Program-made: the position numbers and the translations under genes | The notes under the pieces: model-generated | Databases searched by the model: none | Told to the model about the DNA's origin: nothing | The model's input: the letters and a program-made list of their open reading frames with translations, nothing else | Part shown: positions 19,048 through 27,941 of the stretch, in pieces | Numbering within the stretch: the first letter of the stretch is position 1 | Layout: each line of letters opens with the position of its first letter | Assembly: GCA_019058445.1 (NCBI GenBank) | Contig: JAHPZA010000009.1 | Location: forward strand, 589,285 to 653,284 | Reading direction: 5' to 3' | DNA: 64,000 nucleotides | DNA from: Promethearchaeota archaeon | GTDB taxonomy: Archaea; Asgardarchaeota; Lokiarchaeia; Sigyniarchaeales; SOKP01

Positions 19048-19113
19048 TACGCCTTCGAGACCCTTTAAAACTTGTATATCTTCAGCATCATAACTATCGG
19101 GGGGGTCAGTCAT
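19048..19113 (-). CDS. gyrB: gyrB N-terminal arm segment (22 codons: MTDPPDSYDAEDIQVLKGLEGV), detached from the main ORF
   Basis: Starts at ATG 19113 and is in the same frame as the main ORF. SYDAEDIQVLKGLEGV matches E. coli GyrB [16 protein letters not shown]. Confidence 0.8.
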
Positions 19114-19645
19114 GAAAATACTGTTATTAGTTTTTTTTTGTAAAAGTAAAATAATTCAATTATTTCTGAAAATTTACGAATTTACTATATAATATAAGTA
19201 GTGCATACATTTATAAATTTGCTTCAATTTTTCATAAGCCAGAATGGTTATTTCATTTATCTTTTTAACCAGAATTATTAATATCTGGGGGAGCTAGGAT
19301 ATATTAGCGATATTTTAGAGATTATTCGAGATTCTTGATTTACCAGTTATTTAATAAGAAATAGAAATATTCAAAAATATGGAAGATTTATTTATTCTTT
19401 CGTAATCTTTCAACCTTTTTTATTATATAGTTAATCAAGTGTTTACATTGCATGCATTAATAATATAAATCCGTTATAAACGCATGTTTAAGCAAATATT
19501 ATAATTTGGAATAATTTTATTCTTTAATATTAAATATTTTGGTATTTTTATCGTTCTCTTCTACATCACGTACTAAATCTAAAATTGAAATAATTAATAG
19601 CAATACCCCTACTAAATTTATAATTAGTAATTTAGAAGGAAATAG

Positions 19646-20479
19646 GTGATAAAATATATGTTACAGGAAACTCAAAGTTCTTGGTCTAGTGAAATAGTCA
19701 TAATAGCTATAGGTTCAATAATAGTTGTTTGTTTGACTTTTTTTGTAAAAAAATTTAAGCTAAAAAGGGAGTCAATCGGATTTAAAGTACTTTTGCATAC
19801 TTTGTTGTCCGCAACAATCGTCGGTGGTGGTACTGCTTTTTCATTTAGACTTTTTGAAGAATCAGGTTATAGATTTGTTTTTATTATATCTCTTTTTGGA
19901 TATGTCATATTTACTATATATTATATCCTTATTATATTACAAAAACAAGGAGATGTAATATCTGATATGATTGCAGACAGTTCGAACGCATCTATCAACG
20001 TGTCAAATATAGCTACTGAATTGGCAGCTAGTGCAAGCGAAGTAAATGCATCTTCTGAAGAGATCGCTTCCTCAACTCAGTTAATGACGAAAAATGTTCA
20101 AGATATAATAATAGCATCTAATGAAATAAGTAAAATAATGGTATTTATTACAAATATCTCTGATCAAACCAATTTACTAGCATTAAATGCTAGTATTGAA
20201 GCAGGAAGAGCAGGAGAGTATGGTCGTGGTTTCGCAGTTGTAGCCGATGAAGTTCGAAAATTAGCTGAAGAGTCTAAGAATGCAGTAAATAATACTGGGG
20301 ATAATATAAATAGTATAATAAATAAAATCCAAGATTCTTTTAGCACAATGGAGGGAATAAGTGCTTCCACAGAGGAACAGACTGCTTCAATGGAAGAGAT
20401 TTCTGCCACTGCTAATAGACTGGGGAGTTTGGCTGAAGATTTAAAGAATAAAATTAGCGAAATGGTTTCATTAAATTAA
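19646..20479 (+). CDS. short methyl-accepting chemotaxis protein-like transducer (2 TM helices plus minimal signalling domain)
   Basis: The highly conserved MCP hairpin tip [37 protein letters not shown] is present. There are two N-terminal hydrophobic helices and no HAMP or large sensor domain. The likely start is GTG 19646 or ATG 19658. Confidence 0.8.
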   Translation: MIKYMLQETQSSWSSEIVIIAIGSIIVVCLTFFVKKFKLKRESIGFKVLLHTLLSATIVGGGTAFSFRLFEESGYRFVFIISLFGYVIFTIYYILIILQKQGDVISDMIADSSNASINVSNIATELAASASEVNASSEEIASSTQLMTKNVQDIIIASNEISKIMVFITNISDQTNLLALNASIEAGRAGEYGRGFAVVADEVRKLAEESKNAVNNTGDNINSIINKIQDSFSTMEGISASTEEQTASMEEISATANRLGSLAEDLKNKISEMVSLN

Positions 20480-20576
20480 AAATTTAAATCATTCTAATCT
20501 AACTTGAACCAAACCAAGAAAATTTAATCTGCAAACTTTTTTATTTGAATTAAAAACCATAACAAATGGCAGGGAA

Positions 20577-21446
20577 TTATTTATTCCTTCTTAATATTTC
20601 TGCCATTTTTATTATATCTATCAATTGCTTATTCACATCATGAGTTCTAACTATATGTGCCCCGTTATAAACGGCAATAGCAGTCGAAGAAAGAGTTCCA
20701 TTATATCTATTTTCAGGTTCAGGAATGTTTAATGATGAGCCAATAAAAGATTTTCTAGATAGAGCGACCAATATCGGTTTTCTTAATTTTCTCAGTATTT
20801 CTAAATTATTAATTATTTTTAAATCATATTCATAAGTTTTTTCTTCAATCCAATGACCGATTCCAGGATCTAGAATTATATTCTCCTCATCGAAACCTTT
20901 AGATATTAGCCTTTCAATTGTGTTTTTGAATTCATAGACGATATCTTTAATATGTAACAAATCACCGGGTATTTTCTTTGAAGCCATTAAAATTATTGGT
21001 ATTTTTTTATCTACAATAAAATCCTCTAAAAGAGGATCAGTTTTTAAACAACTTACATCATTTATGATGATTCTTTTGTTAAATTTTAAAGAAATGTCAA
21101 AAGCGGATTGAGCTACCTCTTTATATTGAGTATCAACTGTAATAATAATATGTTCAGGTATCTTTTTACAGAGTAGTTCTATTGCTGGAAGTATACGGTT
21201 TAATTCTTCATCTATGGATATCTTTTTAGACCAAGGTGCTGTCGACCTTGCCCCTAAATCTAGCATTGTAGCACCATTTTTTATCATGTCTAATGCAGCT
21301 TGCCCAAGTGAACTAATATCTTCATAAATTGAGCCTTTATAAAAAGATTCGGGACTTAAATTTAATACTCCCATAATGATTGTTGGATAATCATCCCCAA
21401 TTTCTAAGATATCGAATAATTTAGAGTAGATCGGATCTAATTCCAT
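20577..21446 (-). CDS. folP: dihydropteroate synthase-like pterin-binding protein
   Basis: IMGVLNLSPESFYKGS, DLGARSTAPW and LDPGIGH are the DHPS/pterin-binding TIM-barrel motifs. Confidence 0.8.
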   Translation of the reverse strand: MELDPIYSKLFDILEIGDDYPTIIMGVLNLSPESFYKGSIYEDISSLGQAALDMIKNGATMLDLGARSTAPWSKKISIDEELNRILPAIELLCKKIPEHIIITVDTQYKEVAQSAFDISLKFNKRIIINDVSCLKTDPLLEDFIVDKKIPIILMASKKIPGDLLHIKDIVYEFKNTIERLISKGFDEENIILDPGIGHWIEEKTYEYDLKIINNLEILRKLRKPILVALSRKSFIGSSLNIPEPENRYNGTLSSTAIAVYNGAHIVRTHDVNKQLIDIIKMAEILRRNK

Positions 21447-21639
21447 AAAAGGAAGAAAAAAATATTATAATTAAGTTTAATGAATTTATTGTTATAACTA
21501 TATTTAATGGTTCAGTCTGGTATAGGAAGTGTAAAGCGAACAGAGGGAGGATCAATAGTACTTGGTGATGCTTATGCAATAGTAAAATAAAGGATAGAAA
21601 AAAATTGATTTATTATAAGTTAAATTTTATTTTATTATT

Positions 21640-22431
21640 ATGCATCTTTTTTCTATTAAACTTCCTTTAATTAAAAAGAATGACCCTTTGCTAGATATTA
21701 TCATCAAAAATATTACAGATAGAAGTGAATCTCTAGAGGAGGGCGATATTATTGTAATTTCAGAGAAAGTTATTGCCACTTCACAAGGTAGGATTATTAA
21801 CCTAAATGATATTTTAAATGTTTCAGAAAAAGCAAAAAAAATGGCAAAAGAGTATGATATGGATGAGAGGTTTGTGGAAATTATATTACAAGAAGCAAGC
21901 ATGATTTTAGGAGGTTTACCGGGAGGCCATGTTATCCTCGCAAAAGTAAATGATTTCTTAATAGCAAATGCGGGAATTGATCAATCGAATGCTGGACCTG
22001 ATAATCTGGTTCTCTTACCCAAAAATCCCAAAAAAGTTATCCATGAATATAGGAATACTCTAAAAAAGAAATTTAATGTTAAAGATTTAGGAGTTATTTT
22101 TGCCGATTCAAGAGTCCAACCTCTCAGAAAGGGAACAATCGGTGTAGCAATCGCAACTGCCGGATTTGAACCTGTTGAAGATTTGAGAGGAAGACCAGAT
22201 TTATATAATCGACCATTAGAAATTACTATGAGAGCCATTGCGGACGATCTTACGAGTGCCGCCCAATTTCTATTAAACGAAGCAGATCAGCAAACTCCAG
22301 TTGTAATCATCAGAGGTGCTAAAGTAGAATTTACTGAAAATCCTAAAATGACAACTGAAATTTCTGTAGAAGAAGATTTATATATGAACATTTTTTCGAG
22401 TTATCTTCTAAAAAAGAAAGAAAGAGATTAA
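21640..22431 (+). CDS. CofE-like gamma-glutamyl ligase (F420-0:gamma-glutamyl ligase family)
   Basis: ISEKVIATSQGRII, ANAGIDQSNAG, IFADSRVQPLRKGTIGVAIATAGF and DLRGRPDLYNRPLEIT are collinear with the CofE family. Confidence 0.75.
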   Translation: MHLFSIKLPLIKKNDPLLDIIIKNITDRSESLEEGDIIVISEKVIATSQGRIINLNDILNVSEKAKKMAKEYDMDERFVEIILQEASMILGGLPGGHVILAKVNDFLIANAGIDQSNAGPDNLVLLPKNPKKVIHEYRNTLKKKFNVKDLGVIFADSRVQPLRKGTIGVAIATAGFEPVEDLRGRPDLYNRPLEITMRAIADDLTSAAQFLLNEADQQTPVVIIRGAKVEFTENPKMTTEISVEEDLYMNIFSSYLLKKKERD

Positions 22432-22522
22432 AATGAGATGGTGAGGTTTTTTAGATATTATTAACTTATACTATTAATTTCTTTTCAGAAAAAGAAATCA
22501 TATTTTTCAAGGAGATATAGGT

Positions 22523-23206
22523 ATGGGTTTTTATGAATCATTACTAAAATGGAAGAGTCACATTTATGACGATTTTTTAATAAATCCTAAAGTAGTTAAA
22601 TATTCGATTATTTCGGCTATGACTATCTTTTTTTCAGCAATAATTATTGGATATATTGTCGCTCAATTTGATCCTGATGGATACAATATTGTTGATAATT
22701 ATATTAGTGATATGGGATCATTTAATCATACACCATTACCCTACTTTTTGGACTATGGAGCAATGATTACCTCTATTTTATTGATACCGGCTATTTTTTA
22801 CATGGAATATAAACTTGCTCCAAATCCTATTGAAGTAGGTGAATTTCCCCGAATGAGATATCGATTAAGTAGTTTAGGTTCTTTTAGTATGTTTACAGGA
22901 TTCTTCGGTTTCTTCATGGTTGGATTGTTTTCAGAGGACCGAACCACCTCTTTAGGACTACACTTAGTCTTTTCGTATATAGTTTTTGGTGGTCTCGTTT
23001 TTTCAAGCATATTTTATGGGTTATTAATTTTATTCTACAAGACAGAAATCCCTCAATTATTAGGATTATACATGATTATTTTTCCGTTTCTCACAGCACT
23101 ACTAATGGTATTGTATTTTTCACCTTTTTTTGAATGGATTATGCTCTTTTCACTCTTAATCTGGATAGTCCCCGTCTTTAGAATATTTTTAAAAAACCTA
23201 AACTAA
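22523..23206 (+). CDS. hypothetical integral membrane protein (about 6 TM helices)
   Basis: Hydrophobic throughout. It might be DUF998-like, but this is not confidently recognised. Confidence 0.4.
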   Translation: MGFYESLLKWKSHIYDDFLINPKVVKYSIISAMTIFFSAIIIGYIVAQFDPDGYNIVDNYISDMGSFNHTPLPYFLDYGAMITSILLIPAIFYMEYKLAPNPIEVGEFPRMRYRLSSLGSFSMFTGFFGFFMVGLFSEDRTTSLGLHLVFSYIVFGGLVFSSIFYGLLILFYKTEIPQLLGLYMIIFPFLTALLMVLYFSPFFEWIMLFSLLIWIVPVFRIFLKNLN

Positions 23207-23366
23207 GCCTAAGTATTAAATATTTCTGATTTTTCTTTTAAAATATTATATTTTTTCCTTTTTTTATTAATAATCCGTGAAATTTTTTAGAAACCGTTAA
23301 CTTGTGAAGATAAGCTAATTTTATTTTCACACTATAATATATATTGATTTAACTGGTTAGATTTCA

Positions 23367-24860
23367 ATGAATATGCTCTACGAATACATGGGATATGAAT
23401 TAATTGATAAAATAAAAAACAAGGAAGTATCAATTCAAGAGATCATTCAATCTCACTATAAACGAATTAAAGAAACAGAGAAATTGACACATTCTTTTGT
23501 TTATTTAACTGAAGAAGAGAAAGCTCTAAGAAAAGCAAAAGAGTGTGATGAAGATCTGAATAAAGGAAAACAGATTGGAAGACTATACGGTTTACCACTA
23601 GCAAATAAAGATCTTATATGTATAAAAGACACTCCTACAACATGCTGCTCTGAAATATTAAAAGGATATTACCCCCCTTATAATGCAACAGTAATAGATA
23701 AGTTAATTGAAAAAGGAGGAGCGATTCATATTGGAAATACTAATATGGATGAGTTTGCTATGGGTAGTTCAACTGAAACTAGTTGTTATGGTCCTTCATA
23801 TAATCCTTGGGATCTTTTAAGAGTTCCAGGAGGATCAAGCGGAGGTTCTGGTTCTGCTATAGCTGCAGGACATGCTGTTTTTGCTTTAGGAAGTGATACG
23901 GGGGGGAGCATTCGATCTCCTGCATCTTATTGCGGAGTTGTTGGATTAAAACCAACTTATGGAAGAGTCTCACGATATGGACTAGTAGCTTTTGCAAATT
24001 CTCTTGACCAGATCGGTCCTATAACTAAATGTGTTTATGATTCTGCCATTATGCTCGAAATTATGGCCGGAAAAGATCCGTTAGACTCAACCTCAGTTGA
24101 TATAAAATGTGATAATTACACAGAAGTATTAACCCAATCAATTGAAAAGAAAATCCTCGGAGTTCCGGAAGAATTTTTTGGCGAAGGATTAGCAAAATCA
24201 GTAAAAAATTCAGTAGAAAAAGCAATTAAAAAGCTACAAAGTTTAGGAGCAAAAATAGTTAATGTTTCAATACCGCATCTTGAATATACAGTACCAACGT
24301 ATTATTTACTCTGCATGAGTGAAGCCAGTTCAAATTTAGCTCGATTTGATGGATTAAGATATGGAAAAATGAGCGATGATCTTGGCGGAGATGTATTTGA
24401 TGTTTTTAGTAGAACAAGGGGTGCTGAATTTGGTACCGAAGTTAGAAGAAGGATTATGCTAGGAACGTATACATTGTCAGCAGGATATTATGATATGTAT
24501 TATATTAAAGCGCTTAAAGTAAGAACGCTAATTAAAAATGATTTTCAAGAAGCTTTTAAGAAATGCGACTCTATTGTTTGTCCCACAATGCCAACAACTG
24601 CTTTTAAGATCGGTGAATTAATTGATGATCCTCTACAAATGTATTTGATGGATATTTTAACTTGTCCAGTAAATCTTGCGGGATTACCGGCTCTTTCAAT
24701 ACCTTGCGGATTTGATAATAATGATCTACCTATTGGCTTCCAAATTATTGGAAATTACTTTGATGAGAGTGGAATTCTCAATATCGGTTATCAACTTGAA
24801 CAAGAATTAAATTTGTTTAGAAAAATGGCACCAATTAAAACAGGGGGTAAAAAGAAATGA
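23367..24860 (+). CDS. gatA: Asp/Glu-tRNA amidotransferase subunit A
   Basis: The amidase signature GGSSGGSGSAIAAG...GSDTGGSIRSPASYCG is present. The 3' end overlaps gatB by 4 nt (ATGA). Confidence 0.95.
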   Translation: MNMLYEYMGYELIDKIKNKEVSIQEIIQSHYKRIKETEKLTHSFVYLTEEEKALRKAKECDEDLNKGKQIGRLYGLPLANKDLICIKDTPTTCCSEILKGYYPPYNATVIDKLIEKGGAIHIGNTNMDEFAMGSSTETSCYGPSYNPWDLLRVPGGSSGGSGSAIAAGHAVFALGSDTGGSIRSPASYCGVVGLKPTYGRVSRYGLVAFANSLDQIGPITKCVYDSAIMLEIMAGKDPLDSTSVDIKCDNYTEVLTQSIEKKILGVPEEFFGEGLAKSVKNSVEKAIKKLQSLGAKIVNVSIPHLEYTVPTYYLLCMSEASSNLARFDGLRYGKMSDDLGGDVFDVFSRTRGAEFGTEVRRRIMLGTYTLSAGYYDMYYIKALKVRTLIKNDFQEAFKKCDSIVCPTMPTTAFKIGELIDDPLQMYLMDILTCPVNLAGLPALSIPCGFDNNDLPIGFQIIGNYFDESGILNIGYQLEQELNLFRKMAPIKTGGKKK

Positions 24861-26311
24861 GTAAAACACATGAAGTGATCATTGGTTTAGAGGTCCATAT
24901 TCAATTAACAAATCTTAAAACTAAATTCTTTTGCAGTTGTAATTCAGATTATCGAGGTGTGGAGCCAAATACATATATATGTCCAATATGTATTGGTCTT
25001 CCTGGTTCATTGCCAGTAATAAACAAAAAGGCTATAGAATTTGCTACAAGATTAGCTCTAGCTTTAGACTGTGATATTAATGATACTTTTTGGTTCTATA
25101 GAAAAAATTATTTCTATCCGGACCTTCCGAAAGGATTTCAGATTAGCCAATATAATAAGGCAGGAGGGAAAGCCTTTGCCGATGGAGGCAAAATAACTAT
25201 TAAATTAAATGGAAAAAAAAAAGAGATAATCTTGAATAGGATTCATCTTGAGGAGGATCCCGCCCGGTTAGTTCACAAGGGCACTATAGCAACTTCTCCT
25301 TATACTTTAGTAGATTATAACCGTTCAGGGGTAACTCTTATAGAAATTGTCTCTGAGCCTGTTATAGGCACACCTGAAGAAGCACGAGAATATCTGAAAC
25401 AATTAAAATCAATTGTTCAATATTGTGGCATTTCTAATTTAGATCTGGAGGGTTCTGTAAGAGTTGATGCAAATATTTCATTAAAAGGACACCCCCGTAG
25501 TGAAGTTAAAAATATTAATAGTTTTAAAGAAGTTGAGAGGGCATTAAAATGGGAAATTCAGAGGCAGAAAAACCAATTAAACAGAGGAAAAGAATTAATA
25601 CAAGAAACAAGGCATTGGGATGATAAGAGGAGAATAACGATTTCTTTAAGAACAAAGGAATTTGAGCAGGATTATCGGTATTTCCCAGAGCAGGACTTAG
25701 TTCCTATTGAAGTCGATGATAAATTTATTTCTAATGTCAAAAAAGAATTACCTGAAATGCCAAATGAAAGGGCAAAGCGTTTTCAACAGAAGTACAAACT
25801 ATCTGAATTCGATTCTGAAATACTTGTGCTAGATAAAGATATTGCTGATATTTTTGAAATAGGGATAAAGAAGGATAAATCCTTCGGTCCAGAGGAATAT
25901 AAATTATATTGTAACTGGTTAATGGGAGACATTTCACGCTGGTTAAATGATAACAACAAATCTATAACAGAGACAAAACTTAACGCACAGCATATAGTGG
26001 ACTTAATCAATTTCATTAACGAAGGCAAAATTACGGGAAAGATTGGTAAGACTTTAGTAGATGAGATAATGACTAAGGGTACATCCATCTCAAATATTTT
26101 AAAGAAAACCGGAAAACAAAGAATTTCTGATAAAGAAGAAATTACTCAAATTGTAAATGATGTGATAAAAGAAAATCCAAATATAATTCAAGACTATAAA
26201 ACTAATCCTAAGGCATTACAAGCGTTAATTGGCAAATGCATGCAAAAAACGAGGGGCCAAATAGATCCAGAAATTACTAAGGAAATTATGTTAAAACTTC
26301 TTAACAAATAA
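24857..26311 (+). CDS. gatB: Asp/Glu-tRNA amidotransferase subunit B
   Basis: IGLEVHIQL, CPICIGLPGSLP, RKNYFYPDLPKGFQISQ and HLEEDPARL are present, with a C-terminal YqeY-like tail. Confidence 0.95.
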   Translation: MSKTHEVIIGLEVHIQLTNLKTKFFCSCNSDYRGVEPNTYICPICIGLPGSLPVINKKAIEFATRLALALDCDINDTFWFYRKNYFYPDLPKGFQISQYNKAGGKAFADGGKITIKLNGKKKEIILNRIHLEEDPARLVHKGTIATSPYTLVDYNRSGVTLIEIVSEPVIGTPEEAREYLKQLKSIVQYCGISNLDLEGSVRVDANISLKGHPRSEVKNINSFKEVERALKWEIQRQKNQLNRGKELIQETRHWDDKRRITISLRTKEFEQDYRYFPEQDLVPIEVDDKFISNVKKELPEMPNERAKRFQQKYKLSEFDSEILVLDKDIADIFEIGIKKDKSFGPEEYKLYCNWLMGDISRWLNDNNKSITETKLNAQHIVDLINFINEGKITGKIGKTLVDEIMTKGTSISNILKKTGKQRISDKEEITQIVNDVIKENPNIIQDYKTNPKALQALIGKCMQKTRGQIDPEITKEIMLKLLNK

Positions 26312-26361
26312 ATTTTTCATCATTTTAAAAAAAGATAGTAAAAAAATTAAGTTAGAGCTAA

Positions 26362-26724
26362 TTATACAACATCTTTAATTGCCTCACTAGCCGCTCCCAA
26401 TTTGAGGTTAATTATCCCCAATTTAGCCTCTTTAGTAGCAATAAGTGTGAGGATATTTCCTTTAACTTCAGCAAATAAGATTTTACCCTTTTCGCTCTCA
26501 ATAATAGCATTTTGGAACACACCTTGTTCTAATTCTTTTGTTGCTCGCTGTGATGCTTTTAGAATAAGCGTCACCATCGCGGCTACGGCTTCGGGATCCA
26601 CCCATCCAGGTAAAGCACTACCTTTAATCAACCCAAATTTTTCAATTAATGCGGCGCCGTGAACTCCCTTTATAGCTTTAAGGGAATCTAACACTTCAGT
26701 TAACTTTTCACTCATTTCACTCAA
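26362..26724 (-). CDS. Roadblock/LC7 (MglB-like) domain protein
   Basis: 120 aa. LKAIKGVHGAALIEKFGLIKGSALPG...VAAMVTLILKASQRATKEL...ILTLIATKEAKLG fits the Roadblock/LC7 alpha-beta-alpha pattern. Confidence 0.75.
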   Translation of the reverse strand: MSEMSEKLTEVLDSLKAIKGVHGAALIEKFGLIKGSALPGWVDPEAVAAMVTLILKASQRATKELEQGVFQNAIIESEKGKILFAEVKGNILTLIATKEAKLGIINLKLGAASEAIKDVV

Positions 26725-26907
26725 TTTATTTTGTATTAGGATAAAAGTTTATATAATTAATATGTAAGACTTGATGATATTTAAGTGTGAAAAGTTTTAA
26801 ATTCACTATTAAAATTTAAATAAAACATTGTCCAATATTAACACAATACACAAATCTAATACAAAATATTAAAATCATTAATATCAACTCAATTAGATGA
26901 GAAAAAA

Positions 26908-27657
26908 ATGGGTGAAATGGAAGAAGTAAAGCCAGGAGTAACTTGGCGCCATATTGTTGCTTTTGCTTTAGCCACAGGTGTGAGTACAGTTTTAGCGATA
27001 TTTGCAGTAATAGTAGCTCCAGTAGCTCCCTTTCCAGGCGTTTCTGGCTTATATTTAGCTGCTGCAGTATATGTACCTCTGAGCTTATGGTTAGGGATTT
27101 GGGGAGTTCTCGCAGCATATATTTCATGCGTCATTCTAGGCCTTGTAATTGGGTTAGGTCCATGGGCATTTGTATGGTCTCTTGCGGATTTAGTTGAGGG
27201 ATTAATACCTCTCATAGCATTTAAGTTAACAAAAACAGATATTGATATTGGCAAAGATATGAAACGACCGGGGTTGTTATACGTGCTATTAGCAATTTTG
27301 GTAATTAATTTAATAATAGCTGCTATTGCAACTGCCTTAGTAATTTCATGGTTATGGATCATAACTCTTATAATTGCTATTGCAATTATCGTTCTAATGT
27401 ACGCAGTCAATCCATCTCGAGGATGGTTACTATTTATTATTTTCGGTATTATATTACCAGCTTTGTGTTCAGCTTTAATTGGAATCGGAGTGCTTGTTAT
27501 AGCGGGTTTTGCTCCTGCTGAAGCTTTTTGGATAGGAGTAATTGGATGGTTCGCGGGCGATTTAATTGTACTTTCAGCAATTGCAACTCCAATGATGATT
27601 GTGTTAACAAAAAGAATTAAAGAATCTTCCATATACGTGGAGAATTGGTTTTCATAG
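26908..27657 (+). CDS. putative ECF-transporter substrate-capture (S) component / polytopic membrane protein
   Basis: Hydrophobic with about 6-7 helices, Gly/Ala-rich. It sits directly upstream of ecfT and the fused ecfA on the same strand. Substrate is unknown. Confidence 0.5.
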   Translation: MGEMEEVKPGVTWRHIVAFALATGVSTVLAIFAVIVAPVAPFPGVSGLYLAAAVYVPLSLWLGIWGVLAAYISCVILGLVIGLGPWAFVWSLADLVEGLIPLIAFKLTKTDIDIGKDMKRPGLLYVLLAILVINLIIAAIATALVISWLWIITLIIAIAIIVLMYAVNPSRGWLLFIIFGIILPALCSALIGIGVLVIAGFAPAEAFWIGVIGWFAGDLIVLSAIATPMMIVLTKRIKESSIYVENWFS

Positions 27658-27941
27658 AGGTAAATTGAAAAATCCAACATTATTATTACTTTTTTTTTCT
27701 TTCATAGCAAAAAAAATATGAATCTATATTAAATACAATATCTAATATTAAATCAAAAGGATTCATTTGAATAAAAAGGGTGTACTAAATTTCGAGCTCA
27801 ACTCTATCTAAAACCTTTTTTTCTTATATTCCTACTGATTCATTCATAGCAAGATTACATCCACTGACCAAGATAGGATTATTATTTATTTTAAGTGTAA
27901 TTGCGTATGTATTTGAAAGCATTATCGATTTAATAGCTTTA

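Noticed and set aside
26889-27680. 263-aa ORF on the minus strand covering the whole putative ECF S-component gene.
   Set aside because: It is an antisense shadow of a GC-rich, Ala/Gly/Val/Ile-rich membrane gene. The plus-strand product has a coherent multi-helix membrane profile and is co-oriented with ecfT and ecfA. The minus-strand translation has no recognisable domain.
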